Notes under the pieces: generated by a model | Told to the model about the DNA's origin: nothing | The model's input: only the letters and a program-made list of their open reading frames with translations | The model's database searches: none | IMG/VR virus record: IMGVR_UViG_3300030103_005378 | Strand: one strand, 5' to 3' | Length of the DNA stretch: 20,000 nucleotides | Origin: an uncultured virus (IMG/VR IMGVR_UViG_3300030103_005378) | Taxonomy: Duplodnaviria; Heunggongvirae; Uroviricota; Caudoviricetes | Shown here: positions 1-7,786 of the stretch, in pieces | How the letters are laid out: every line of letters starts with the position of its first letter | Position numbering within the stretch: position 1 is the first letter of the stretch | Translations under genes and position numbers: made by a program

Positions 1-2
1 AA

Positions 3-293
3 GAATTAGCTCAAAAATCACTTACAACTCGATTCACTGAGGATCAATTGAAAGTAGCAAAAATTAATTTAGATGAAATAATCAACCCAGTTCGTGATGA
101 AGATAAAGGTAATGATTTATGGAGTGTATTTAATGTAATACAGGAAAAAATTATTACAGGTGATTTTTCATACCTATCAGGTGCTAGATCACGTAAAGCA
201 CGAGAAGTTAAAAACTTTAAACAAGACATGGATATCAACAAGAAATTATTTGCAATGGCAAATGAGTTGGTACCACAAGAAATCGCTTCATAA
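3..293 (+). CDS. DUF932/DUF945-family phage protein, C-terminal part (starts before window)
   Basis: Frame open from base 3 (ELAQKSLTTRF...); R-x-ED-x-GNDLWSVFNVIQE and R-x-VKNF-x-x-D-x-x-INKKLF motifs recalled from DUF932. Confidence 0.75.
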   Translation, partial: ELAQKSLTTRFTEDQLKVAKINLDEIINPVRDEDKGNDLWSVFNVIQEKIITGDFSYLSGARSRKAREVKNFKQDMDINKKLFAMANELVPQEIAS

Positions 294-304
294 CCGATTC
301 TTTT

Positions 305-341
305 CCACCAAGGGGCTCAAAACGAGCCCTAGGTGGTTTTT
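305..341 (+). terminator. Intrinsic terminator
   Basis: CCACC..GGGCTC-AAAAC-GAGCCC..GGTGG followed by TTTTT, just after stop at 293. Confidence 0.8.
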
Positions 342-346
342 AATTT

Positions 347-388
347 AGGAATAAAGGTTATAAAATATTTTTTGTATATTACAATTAT
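347..388 (+). promoter_or_regulatory. Repeated early promoter element 1
   Basis: AGGAA at 347, TTTGTATATTACAATTATA with G at 374. Confidence 0.75.
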
Positions 389-401
389 AAAAATAAAGGT
401 T

Positions 402-506
402 ATGAAAGAAGTATTTATAAAAATCAAATATAAGTTAAAAAAACTAAGCCCAACTGGGAGAGAAATGTTTATAGAAGATTTACTAGATTTCATCAAAAAT
501 TATTAA
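402..506 (+). CDS. Small hypothetical protein (34 aa, MKEVFIKIKY...)
   Basis: Hand-translated; follows promoter element and AAAGGTTATG start context. Confidence 0.6.
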   Translation: MKEVFIKIKYKLKKLSPTGREMFIEDLLDFIKNY

Positions 507-516
507 AATAAAAGTT

Positions 517-840
517 ATGAGTGAATTTAATCAATTATGTGTACTACAAGGCACAATCATGCCAGATGGCGGGGCTAAAGAATTAGAAAATTTCTTTAAA
601 GAACAAATGGATGTTACCGTTAAATTTGAAACACAAGTAAAAACATTACCTGACACACCAGAGTGTACTGAAACAGGTGGTAGAAATGATATATTTTTCT
701 ATATTGCAGATGATGATGTAGGTAAATTTGCAGTACCACGTTTACAAATGGGTATCCGTTGGTGGGAAGATGTTTTAGGAAACGGAGCTAGTAATTTATA
801 CACAGAAGAATTTCTAGAAAAATATAAAAAAGGTTGGTAA
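517..840 (+). CDS. Hypothetical phage protein
   Basis: 107-aa ORF, AAAAGTTATG start, globular-looking sequence (TGGRND, GIRWWEDV). Confidence 0.85.
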   Translation: MSEFNQLCVLQGTIMPDGGAKELENFFKEQMDVTVKFETQVKTLPDTPECTETGGRNDIFFYIADDDVGKFAVPRLQMGIRWWEDVLGNGASNLYTEEFLEKYKKGW

Positions 841-841
841 G

Positions 842-940
842 ATGAAAAGAAATGCAACAAATGTAATTGACTGGATTGAACATTGGGACAATTTTGATTA
901 TGGATTATATTTAGCAATATTAAAAGCAAAACAACAATGA
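842..940 (+). CDS. Small hypothetical protein (32 aa, MKRNATNVIDW...)
   Basis: Hand-translated; fills gap, ATGA overlap with next ORF. Confidence 0.55.
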   Translation: MKRNATNVIDWIEHWDNFDYGLYLAILKAKQQ

Positions 941-1047
941 AACACACATATAAACAAATAGACAAAGATGGTACAGTTGAATGTACCAAATGTGGATTAA
1001 GAAACTCAGAACCTACTAAAGAGGATTCAATAAAATGTGAAAAATGA
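937..1047 (+). CDS. Small putative Zn-binding protein (36 aa, H..CTKC..C)
   Basis: Hand-translated MKHTYKQIDKDGTVECTKCGLRNSEPTKEDSIKCEK; ATGA overlaps at both ends. Confidence 0.55.
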   Translation: MKHTYKQIDKDGTVECTKCGLRNSEPTKEDSIKCEK

Positions 1048-1256
1048 AAGAATTAAAACGACGATTAAAATATTTCGCAGAAACACTTAAAGACCATAAA
1101 GAATATGTTGATTATAATTCTACAGGTCATTTAGAACAATCATTAATTAGAACAAAAGAACAAACAATGAATGAAATAGGTGATATGCTTCTAGAAATTT
1201 TAGAATTAGATAATATAACTTTCCAATCTTGGTTAACTCAGGAAGAGGATGAATAA
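1044..1256 (+). CDS. Hypothetical protein
   Basis: 70-aa ORF, coupled to upstream ORF. Confidence 0.75.
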   Translation: MKELKRRLKYFAETLKDHKEYVDYNSTGHLEQSLIRTKEQTMNEIGDMLLEILELDNITFQSWLTQEEDE

Positions 1257-1281
1257 AATTATTTTCGTATATTACAGTATA
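1240..1281 (+). promoter_or_regulatory. Repeated early promoter element 2
   Basis: AGGAA 1240; TTCGTATATTACAGTATA, G at 1267. Confidence 0.8.
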
Positions 1282-1295
1282 TTTAAAGAAAAGTT

Positions 1296-1466
1296 ATGAA
1301 AAGAGAAAAAGGTTATAAGAGAAAAATTGTATTTCACTCAAATCGCTTACACGAAGCATTAAACGCAGCACCGTCTGAGTATAATAGTGAAAATATAAAA
1401 AAATCACTAGAAAGTTTAAATTATTTTGTAGAACGTCAATTAGAAGTAAATAAAAGTTATGAATAA
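1296..1466 (+). CDS. Small hypothetical protein (56 aa, MKREKGYKRK...)
   Basis: Hand-translated; AAAAGTTATG start directly after promoter element. Confidence 0.65.
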   Translation: MKREKGYKRKIVFHSNRLHEALNAAPSEYNSENIKKSLESLNYFVERQLEVNKSYE

Positions 1467-1638
1467 AGAAGCAGAAACAATAACATTCAAAATGGAATTT
1501 GGAATGAGAGAAGAAATGTCATCACTTATTCTATTGTTACGAGATGGTAACTATGAAGGACAAAATTTCGCATCAGAAAGATTAATGCAAATAGCAGATC
1601 AAATTGATGAATTTAATAAAGAACAAGATGATGAGTAA
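1459..1638 (+). CDS. Small hypothetical protein (59 aa, MNKEAETITF...)
   Basis: Hand-translated; AAAAGTTATG start, 8-nt overlaps with neighbours. Confidence 0.65.
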   Translation: MNKEAETITFKMEFGMREEMSSLILLLRDGNYEGQNFASERLMQIADQIDEFNKEQDDE

Positions 1639-1825
1639 AAATATTGAATTAGAAGTTAAATTAAGAGAGGATTGGAATAAATGGCAATCCAAAGCACACC
1701 CCGAAGATAGAATGTCGTTTATTGAATACGCTGAAGATTTAGGGGTATATAAAGGGCATAAAATTGAAATAAACTATTTAGATGACTTTGATCAGATTAA
1801 ATTCTTAATGTTCACTAAGGAATAA
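1631..1825 (+). CDS. Hypothetical protein
   Basis: ORF track 1604..1825; start moved to ATG 1631 (or 1628) overlapping upstream stop. Confidence 0.7.
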   Translation: MSKNIELEVKLREDWNKWQSKAHPEDRMSFIEYAEDLGVYKGHKIEINYLDDFDQIKFLMFTKE

Positions 1826-1827
1826 GT

Positions 1828-2058
1828 ATGCAACTAAAATTAGAATTCCCAGAAGATCCAGAAGTACATTATAGAATTGAGGCTAATGTAGTAAAAGTTA
1901 GTTTCTATCCTGATTCTTGTGAAATTAAAGAGGAAAGATTAAGTCATGTTACTAAAGGATTTTCAAATTCAACCCCAGGTGAAAGTGCATACTGGGTAGA
2001 TGAAGAAAAAGCACTAGAATATTTAAGAAAGATAAAACATTATATTAAAGAGGAATAA
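1828..2058 (+). CDS. Hypothetical protein
   Basis: 76-aa ORF in operon. Confidence 0.75.
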   Translation: MQLKLEFPEDPEVHYRIEANVVKVSFYPDSCEIKEERLSHVTKGFSNSTPGESAYWVDEEKALEYLRKIKHYIKEE

Positions 2059-2092
2059 GGTTATTAAACTTAATTTCGTATATTATATTAAA
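2051..2092 (+). promoter_or_regulatory. Repeated early promoter element 3
   Basis: AGGAA 2051; TTCGTATATTATATTAAA, G at 2078. Confidence 0.8.
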
Positions 2093-2103
2093 TAAAAAAG
2101 GTT

Positions 2104-2349
2104 ATGACAAAGGAATTTAGTAAAGAATTAGCAAGAATACAAAGAGATAGCTTTGTAGAAAGACAAATACAATTATATGCTGATTATCTCCCAAAGCGAT
2201 TCAAAGAAATACAAGAAGAATCAGAAAAATTAGATTGGAGAGATAGAAACACATATGAAGCAGGTTGTTTTAAAAATCTATTAGAAACAGCAATTGAACA
2301 AATTACAGCAGTAAATAAAAATCTTGAGGAAAGAAGAAATGAACAATAA
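2104..2349 (+). CDS. Hypothetical protein
   Basis: 81-aa ORF after promoter element. Confidence 0.8.
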   Translation: MTKEFSKELARIQRDSFVERQIQLYADYLPKRFKEIQEESEKLDWRDRNTYEAGCFKNLLETAIEQITAVNKNLEERRNEQ

Positions 2350-2470
2350 AATAAAATTAACAGAAGCACTTCCACACATTAAGCACATTGCTAAATGTTA
2401 CGGGTTGAAATTAAATTTATTATCTGATTTTAAAATAGCTAGAGTGATTTGGGCTAGAAGTTTAAATTAG
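2339..2470 (+). CDS. Small hypothetical protein (43 aa, MNNKIKLTEAL...)
   Basis: Hand-translated; fills gap up to next promoter element. Confidence 0.55.
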   Translation: MNNKIKLTEALPHIKHIAKCYGLKLNLLSDFKIARVIWARSLN

Positions 2471-2511
2471 GGAATAGAAGATATAACTATATTTTCGTAT
2501 ATTTCAGTATA
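2470..2511 (+). promoter_or_regulatory. Repeated early promoter element 4
   Basis: GGGAA 2470; TTCGTATATTTCAGTATA, G at 2497. Confidence 0.8.
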
Positions 2512-2527
2512 AATAAAGAAAAAAATT

Positions 2528-2941
2528 ATGAAAGCAAAGGATTTATTTAAAACAATAATAGAAAATGAAATAGATATTTCATTTGAAATAGCTCAACATT
2601 GGTACACATATCAAAACCTTAGTGCAAAGAAGGGATATGAAAAGATAGCTAAAATACAATTCCTAGATTGTGTTAAGGTAGAAATAGAAAAAAGTCTATT
2701 CATACAAAAGGATTGGTATTTAGAATGGCTAGAGGGACAATTTGAGAATGATCTCCCAAATGTAAGTAGTGGTAGTACCATGACAGCATTATTAGATGTG
2801 GATAATGTATTTAACCAATTTGAACCATCAATCATGGAGGTTGATGAAGAACTAGTTAATGAATTGTATGGTGAAATAATCAACTACCAGCACAAATTAA
2901 TAGGTAATTTGAGAGTTGAGAGAGGAATAGATTTATATTAA
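2528..2941 (+). CDS. Hypothetical acidic protein
   Basis: 137-aa ORF after promoter element. Confidence 0.85.
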   Translation: MKAKDLFKTIIENEIDISFEIAQHWYTYQNLSAKKGYEKIAKIQFLDCVKVEIEKSLFIQKDWYLEWLEGQFENDLPNVSSGSTMTALLDVDNVFNQFEPSIMEVDEELVNELYGEIINYQHKLIGNLRVERGIDLY

Positions 2942-2964
2942 TCTTTTTCGTATATTACATCAAA
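2923..2964 (+). promoter_or_regulatory. Repeated early promoter element 5
   Basis: AGGAA 2923; TTCGTATATTACATCAAA, G at 2950. Confidence 0.75.
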
Positions 2965-2976
2965 ATTAAAAAGGTT

Positions 2977-3282
2977 ATGACAATTAAGGAAATTAAAGAA
3001 CAGTTACAATTTAAAAAAGTAGTATTCAACGTTAAAGGACATAAAGATTATCAAGAAGGACCTGATGGTAAATATGGTGATTACCCAACTAAGTTTAGAA
3101 CACATGGTAGTGAAGGGAAACGTGGAACGGGTGCAATATTTAAAGGTTTTTCAGATGGAATGAATGTAACTAAGTTTGGTCCTACTTGTGTTACGTTATA
3201 CACTTATGATATGTTAGGTAAAAAAACAGTAGGCAAAATAAAATATGCTGATGTAACAATACTAGAAGGTGAAACAGATTAA
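2977..3282 (+). CDS. Hypothetical protein
   Basis: 101-aa ORF, AAAAGGTTATG start. Confidence 0.85.
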   Translation: MTIKEIKEQLQFKKVVFNVKGHKDYQEGPDGKYGDYPTKFRTHGSEGKRGTGAIFKGFSDGMNVTKFGPTCVTLYTYDMLGKKTVGKIKYADVTILEGETD

Positions 3283-3382
3283 AGTAACACAGAAAGAAAT
3301 TAATGACGCAACGCGTCCAAGTATTCAAAAGAATAAAAAGAAGTATACTAGAAAAAAGAAACATAAAAATGGAGAAGAATAA
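3269..3382 (+). CDS. ArfA-like basic peptide (37 aa)
   Basis: GTG start; MKQIKVTQKEINDATRPSIQKNKKKYTRKKKHKNGEE resembles the ArfA core RxxxxKNKK..YxRKxKH. Confidence 0.55.
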   Translation: MKQIKVTQKEINDATRPSIQKNKKKYTRKKKHKNGEE

Positions 3383-3671
3383 TTTATATATAACTGATTT
3401 GTGTGTGGGACATAGATCAATCTATTATCAAACACCTGAAGTACCTGATAGGGCTATTGGGGATGATATTAAAGAATTACTAGAAGATAAGTATGTTCAC
3501 AACGTTAGTATGAGATTTATTTACGTTGATTGTGATGGAATAGAATGTAAGGGTGAAGTTACAGTTAATGGAATAGATGATTATGAAGATTTTGAAATGT
3601 ATGATGAGGATTTTCATGAAAAAACACAATTAACAGAAGAAAATATAATTGATTTATTTGAATTTGATTAA
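3369..3671 (+). CDS. Hypothetical acidic protein
   Basis: ORF track 3303..3671; likely start ATG 3369 (MEKNNL). Confidence 0.75.
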   Translation: MEKNNLYITDLCVGHRSIYYQTPEVPDRAIGDDIKELLEDKYVHNVSMRFIYVDCDGIECKGEVTVNGIDDYEDFEMYDEDFHEKTQLTEENIIDLFEFD

Positions 3672-3712
3672 GGAATATTTTTCTAGAAAAAAAGTTCGTA
3701 TATTATAGTATA
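3671..3712 (+). promoter_or_regulatory. Repeated early promoter element 6
   Basis: AGGAA 3671; TTCGTATATTATAGTATA, G at 3698; 37 nt identical to element 8. Confidence 0.85.
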
Positions 3713-3729
3713 TTTAAAAAAAGAAAGTT

Positions 3730-4260
3730 ATGTTAAGTGAAAAAGTATTTAAAAGCGGTTATGATGTTACAAGTAAATCAAAACTAGCAGGTGGTGAAAA
3801 AAATGATTGTTTTGTTAGGGCTTGTTCTAATGCATTTGATGTTAGTTATGAAGCAGCACATGAATTTGTAGCGGAACGATTTAATAGAAAAAACGGTAAA
3901 GGAACTAAAATGTGTAATCTTAGAATGAAAGATTTACAAAATGAAGTTATTGAATTCCAACCTGAAGGACAATTAAGTTTATTTAGTGATAATGGTGGAA
4001 AACGAATTAAAGTAAAACACATTGGTGATACACCTAAAACAGGTGGACGATTAATTAATAAGGACTATACACATAAAAAAGTAGCATATACAGTTAAAAC
4101 ATTTATGCAACGATTTAGAAAAGGAACTTATATATTGCTAGTTAATAAACATGCCTTAGTATGTAAAGGTGGTGTAATATTTGATAATGGTGATATGCAG
4201 TTTGGTGGTTATAGACGACCTGTTGAATCAGCATTTAAAATAGAGGAAGAGCTTAATTAA
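3730..4260 (+). CDS. Phage protein with NDCxVRA...H...D motifs (possible papain/C39-like fold)
   Basis: 176 aa; NDCFVRAC and YILLVNKHALVCKGGVIFD motifs; function inferred only. Confidence 0.7.
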   Translation: MLSEKVFKSGYDVTSKSKLAGGEKNDCFVRACSNAFDVSYEAAHEFVAERFNRKNGKGTKMCNLRMKDLQNEVIEFQPEGQLSLFSDNGGKRIKVKHIGDTPKTGGRLINKDYTHKKVAYTVKTFMQRFRKGTYILLVNKHALVCKGGVIFDNGDMQFGGYRRPVESAFKIEEELN

Positions 4261-4285
4261 AAGCTCTTTTGTATATTATAGTATA
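4244..4285 (+). promoter_or_regulatory. Repeated early promoter element 7 with internal hairpin
   Basis: AGGAA 4244; G at 4271; AAGAGCTT/AAGCTCTT inverted repeat in spacer. Confidence 0.8.
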
Positions 4286-4310
4286 AATAGAGAAAAAAAG
4301 GAAAAAAGTT

Positions 4311-4649
4311 ATGAAAATTAGAAGTAAAACATTATTAGTAACAGTTGTTAATGAAATTAAAATTGGAAAAAACGATGCAATAGAAGCAACTGTAGAGCAT
4401 CAAATAATTGCCTATGATAAAAAAGATGGATCAGTTGGGATAGATACGGAATTTATTGATATCTATGATGTTAAATTTTTAGGAATGCCCATTGATACAG
4501 GATATGAAGCATATAGAGGATTTAAAAAGCAAATGCTAGAATTAGGAGTTAATGTTGAAGAGTTAGTAGATGAAGCTGTTAAAGGAATTGTTTCTAAAAA
4601 GGAAGAATTTGATGTTAAAAAAATGTTTATAAATTCAAATAGTAAATAA
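4311..4649 (+). CDS. Hypothetical protein
   Basis: 112-aa ORF, AAAAGTTATG start. Confidence 0.85.
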   Translation: MKIRSKTLLVTVVNEIKIGKNDAIEATVEHQIIAYDKKDGSVGIDTEFIDIYDVKFLGMPIDTGYEAYRGFKKQMLELGVNVEELVDEAVKGIVSKKEEFDVKKMFINSNSK

Positions 4650-4657
4650 AGAAAGTT

Positions 4658-4963
4658 ATGAGTAAATATCAAGAGTTATTACAAAACCCATTTTATATGA
4701 ATGGTAAAACAGTTAAGGAAAATGCTAAAGAAGTAATATTCTATGTAGTGAGTTGTATGTGTGATAATAAATACACACTACGATTCAGAAAGAATGATAA
4801 TGATGAGTTTAAAATGAGTGGGATGGGATTTGCTTTAAGTAATTTCCAATTCGAGTTTAAACCATTTGAAATAGAATGGATAGCAGATGAAGGTGATTGG
4901 ATTGGAGTAAAAAACATGATTAACACGGGAACTATTAAGGTTGAAAAAGTAATAAGCAGATAA
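4658..4963 (+). CDS. Hypothetical protein
   Basis: 101-aa ORF, AAAGTTATG start. Confidence 0.85.
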   Translation: MSKYQELLQNPFYMNGKTVKENAKEVIFYVVSCMCDNKYTLRFRKNDNDEFKMSGMGFALSNFQFEFKPFEIEWIADEGDWIGVKNMINTGTIKVEKVISR

Positions 4964-4973
4964 AAATAAAAAT

Positions 4974-5681
4974 ATGATAGCTTACGTATTTGATGTAGAT
5001 GGAACTTTAACACCTAGTAGATTACCAATTGATAAAGAATTTGAAAAGTTTTTTAGTGAGTGGATGAAAGGAAAAAAGGTGTTTTTTGTAACAGGTTCCA
5101 ACAGTGATAAAACTATTGAACAAGTAGGATTAAATATATGGAAAAATGTAACAGCCTCACTCCAATCATGTGGTAATCAAATATTTGTTAATGGGGATGA
5201 AATTTACAAAAATGAATGGAAACCTAATTCACAACTGATTAAACTATTAGAAGGGTTTCTAGTTAGTTCTAGTTATGAAAAAAGAACTTCAAACCACATT
5301 GAAGAAAGAGTAGGATTATTAAATTTTTCTGTTATTGGAAGGGATTGTACCCAAGAAGAAAGAGAAGCTTATTATGAATGGGATAAAAATTCTAATGAAA
5401 GAATTCAAATGGTTGAAAAAATCATGAACACATTCCCAGAACTAGAAGTTTCAGTTGGGGGACAAATTTCAATAGACATATATCCCAAAGGAGCTAGTAA
5501 AGGCCAAGCTAAAGATTGGATATTAAATTACCTAAATGAAGATGTTAATATTCACTTCTACGGTGATAAAACTGAAATTGGAGGTAATGATTATGACTTA
5601 GCTAAAGTATTAAAGGGAGATAAACATAAAGTATTTCAAGTTAATGATTGGAAAGAAACATATAAACTCTTAAAAAAGTAG
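4974..5681 (+). CDS. HAD-IIB hydrolase, eukaryote-type phosphomannomutase-like
   Basis: FDVDGTLT (motif I), VTGS, ERxGLLNFS, GGQISIDI and YGDKTEIGGND match PMM1/PMM2/Sec53 family motifs. Confidence 0.9.
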   Translation: MIAYVFDVDGTLTPSRLPIDKEFEKFFSEWMKGKKVFFVTGSNSDKTIEQVGLNIWKNVTASLQSCGNQIFVNGDEIYKNEWKPNSQLIKLLEGFLVSSSYEKRTSNHIEERVGLLNFSVIGRDCTQEEREAYYEWDKNSNERIQMVEKIMNTFPELEVSVGGQISIDIYPKGASKGQAKDWILNYLNEDVNIHFYGDKTEIGGNDYDLAKVLKGDKHKVFQVNDWKETYKLLKK

Positions 5682-5721
5682 GAATATTTTTCTAGAAAAA
5701 AAGTTCGTATATTATACTATA
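5680..5721 (+). promoter_or_regulatory. Repeated early promoter element 8
   Basis: AGGAA 5680; G at 5707; duplicate of element 6. Confidence 0.85.
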
Positions 5722-5737
5722 TTTAGAGAGAGAAATT

Positions 5738-5989
5738 ATGACAAAAAAAGAAATACATAGAGAAATTAGAAGTAGATTCTACGAAGTAGTAAACGAAAAA
5801 TTTCCACAATACGATATTGATAGTGATGGATATGGTAGAATGCAATTAGTAAATGGAAGAAATATAATAGAATATCACATGTCAAGACACACATTATGTG
5901 GATATAGTGACAATTCAAAACAATGTCATGATGATGAGCTAGAAATGGAGGAGCTACTAAATGAAATAGTTGGACAATACGAGATCTAG
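5738..5989 (+). CDS. Hypothetical protein
   Basis: 83-aa ORF after promoter element. Confidence 0.8.
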   Translation: MTKKEIHREIRSRFYEVVNEKFPQYDIDSDGYGRMQLVNGRNIIEYHMSRHTLCGYSDNSKQCHDDELEMEELLNEIVGQYEI

Positions 5990-6033
5990 CTTTTTACTAT
6001 ACACTACCCAGCAAACGAATACGTATATACTAG

Positions 6034-6075
6034 GGGAATAGTTTAATTTACTAGAAGTTCGTATATTACATGTAT
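6034..6075 (+). promoter_or_regulatory. Repeated early promoter element 9
   Basis: GGGAA 6034; TTCGTATATTACATGTATG, G at 6061. Confidence 0.8.
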
Positions 6076-6214
6076 GAAAAAAGAGATAAAAAAGAAATTA
6101 TGGCCTTACTACATTAAGGAAAAACTAAATATAAGTTTTGAAAGTTATTATCAAAGGAATAAAGATAAGGTAATGATAAGTTCGTTTAATAGGAAGTTAA
6201 TTTGGAAAAAATAG
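6074..6214 (+). CDS. Small basic protein (46 aa, MKKEIKKKLW...), possibly leaderless
   Basis: Hand-translated; the only ORF of reasonable length between elements 9 and 10. Confidence 0.55.
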   Translation: MKKEIKKKLWPYYIKEKLNISFESYYQRNKDKVMISSFNRKLIWKK

Positions 6215-6217
6215 ATA

Positions 6218-6259
6218 AGGAATAGTTTAATTAACTAGAAGTTCGTATATTATAGTATA
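6218..6259 (+). promoter_or_regulatory. Repeated early promoter element 10
   Basis: AGGAA 6218; TTCGTATATTATAGTATA, G at 6245. Confidence 0.85.
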
Positions 6260-6275
6260 AATAAAGAGAAAAATT

Positions 6276-6533
6276 ATGAAGATTACAGATATTTTAGATG
6301 CAAAATTAAATTTAGGGATGGATCACATGGATTTAGAACATGACCAAAAATGTATTATAGAGGAGTTAAAACAATTACATAGGGAAATGGAGGAAGATGC
6401 AGAACCAGAGGGTGGACATATATGTGATCAATATGCAGATGCTATTCATAAAAAAGAACGTGAATTAGAAAAAATTACTAGAAAGATGCAGGTAATAAGT
6501 GATAAAATTGATGAATTAGAAAATTTAATATAA
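6276..6533 (+). CDS. Hypothetical coiled-coil protein
   Basis: 85-aa ORF, helical hairpin pattern around AEPEGG. Confidence 0.8.
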   Translation: MKITDILDAKLNLGMDHMDLEHDQKCIIEELKQLHREMEEDAEPEGGHICDQYADAIHKKERELEKITRKMQVISDKIDELENLI

Positions 6534-6667
6534 TGGAAATGTTATTACTTAGGATATTAATGTATTTCATGGTTTTTTCTCTTGGTTTAGTAATAGTTTT
6601 AGGTATTATAGGAGTAGGAGTGTACATAGAAAATTTTATTAGTGATATAAAAAGGAAAAATAAATAA
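6533..6667 (+). CDS. Small membrane protein (44 aa)
   Basis: Hand-translated MEMLLLRILMYFMVFSLGLVIVLGIIGVGVYIENF...; TAATG coupling. Confidence 0.6.
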   Translation: MEMLLLRILMYFMVFSLGLVIVLGIIGVGVYIENFISDIKRKNK

Positions 6668-6668
6668 A

Positions 6669-7043
6669 ATGGAACATAGAATAAACATAAACGGAGAGTG
6701 GTACGTGAAGGAAAATACCCAGAAAAAAGAAACATACAAATTAGGTGATACATTTAGTTTAAACTTTGATTATGAGGGAATGCTGAATTGTGGGTTATTA
6801 GCAGGGGTAACTACGAGTGTAAATAATTTAGAGAAATTACTAGATAGTTTTGAGGACGTGAATTACCATAGGGAAGCAGCACCATTATATGACTTGATTG
6901 AACACATTAAGTATCAAAACGAGTATGGATCAAATGAGGTAACAAGAGAAAACATAGATGAATCGTTACGTGCATTTAAAAAGGAATGTGAGGATACACT
7001 GAAAAACATAATTGGTTCAACATTGAGAATTGATGAAGAATAA
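6669..7043 (+). CDS. Hypothetical protein
   Basis: 124-aa ORF in operon. Confidence 0.8.
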   Translation: MEHRININGEWYVKENTQKKETYKLGDTFSLNFDYEGMLNCGLLAGVTTSVNNLEKLLDSFEDVNYHREAAPLYDLIEHIKYQNEYGSNEVTRENIDESLRAFKKECEDTLKNIIGSTLRIDEE

Positions 7044-7049
7044 ACAAAA

Positions 7050-7396
7050 TAAAACGTGGATTACCAATGATTATTACCAAAACATCTATTACAATGATTA
7101 TTACCAAAAATCGTTGATTACCACGGAAAGTGAATTACCAATGTGTGGAATGAATGATAAGGTGTGGAAAACGATTATTACCAAAGAAAATGATTATTAC
7201 AAGAATATTATATAGTGTGTGGAAAGTGTATTACAATGTGTTGGGGATAGTTTTAACACTACCCTAACCCATCCATTGCCCAGACACGTCCTTTTAACGT
7301 ACTTCCAAAAGTATATACAAAACCACGTGAAACACACGGTAAAACGTGGATTACCACAAGGTTTATTACAATGTTTATTACAATGTTTATTACCAG
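7050..7396. repeat. ATTAC(C/A) iteron-like repeat array
   Basis: About 13 ATTAC copies; 17-bp direct repeat TAAAACGTGGATTACCA at 7050 and 7340; 12-bp tandem GTTTATTACAAT at 7361-7396. Confidence 0.8.
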
Positions 7397-7438
7397 AGGA
7401 AGAGGATTATTAAAAGGTAATTCGTATGTTACCGTATA
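7397..7438 (+). promoter_or_regulatory. Repeated early promoter element 11
   Basis: AGGAA 7397; TTCGTATGTTACCGTATA, G at 7424. Confidence 0.7.
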
Positions 7439-7452
7439 TTTAAAAAAAGGTT

Positions 7453-7611
7453 ATGAAAGAAAATGATATTTTAAAAGATTATATTAAATCACTAGGTTTA
7501 ACTTACAACATTAAAGAATCTATATCGATACTGAAACAAGAGGTTGCCACGTATGGTTATGTACCTATTGAATATTTAAATCAGGAAGATAGATGTTCAT
7601 GGATGAATTAA
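7453..7611 (+). CDS. Small hypothetical protein (52 aa, MKENDILKDY...)
   Basis: Hand-translated; AAAAGGTTATG start after promoter element. Confidence 0.65.
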   Translation: MKENDILKDYIKSLGLTYNIKESISILKQEVATYGYVPIEYLNQEDRCSWMN

Positions 7612-7731
7612 AATAGTTTATTACCCTACTAGAACGGGGATTACAATGTTTGCTAGCGGGTTACTGAGTAATGCAAGAGGTAACGGGATGGTTTTCAGGT
7701 TTGTACCCAACCAAACAAACCTATATTACCC

Positions 7732-7773
7732 AGGAAGTTTATTATAAAAAGATTATTCGTATATTATAGTATA
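7732..7773 (+). promoter_or_regulatory. Repeated early promoter element 12
   Basis: AGGAA 7732; TTCGTATATTATAGTATA, G at 7759. Confidence 0.85.
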
Positions 7774-7786
7774 TTAAAAAGATATT

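Noticed and set aside
160..348. ORF 160..348 (+)
   Set aside because: Out-of-frame overlap with the DUF932 gene and runs through its terminator
3303..3368. N-terminal extension of ORF 3303..3671
   Set aside because: Better explained by the overlapping ArfA-like ORF in another frame; ATG 3369 preferred
7030..7413. ORFs 7030..7215 and 7219..7413 as genes
   Set aside because: Translations mirror the ATTAC repeats (NDYYQ x2, LLQC x2), starts are weak and there is no promoter element; not fully excluded
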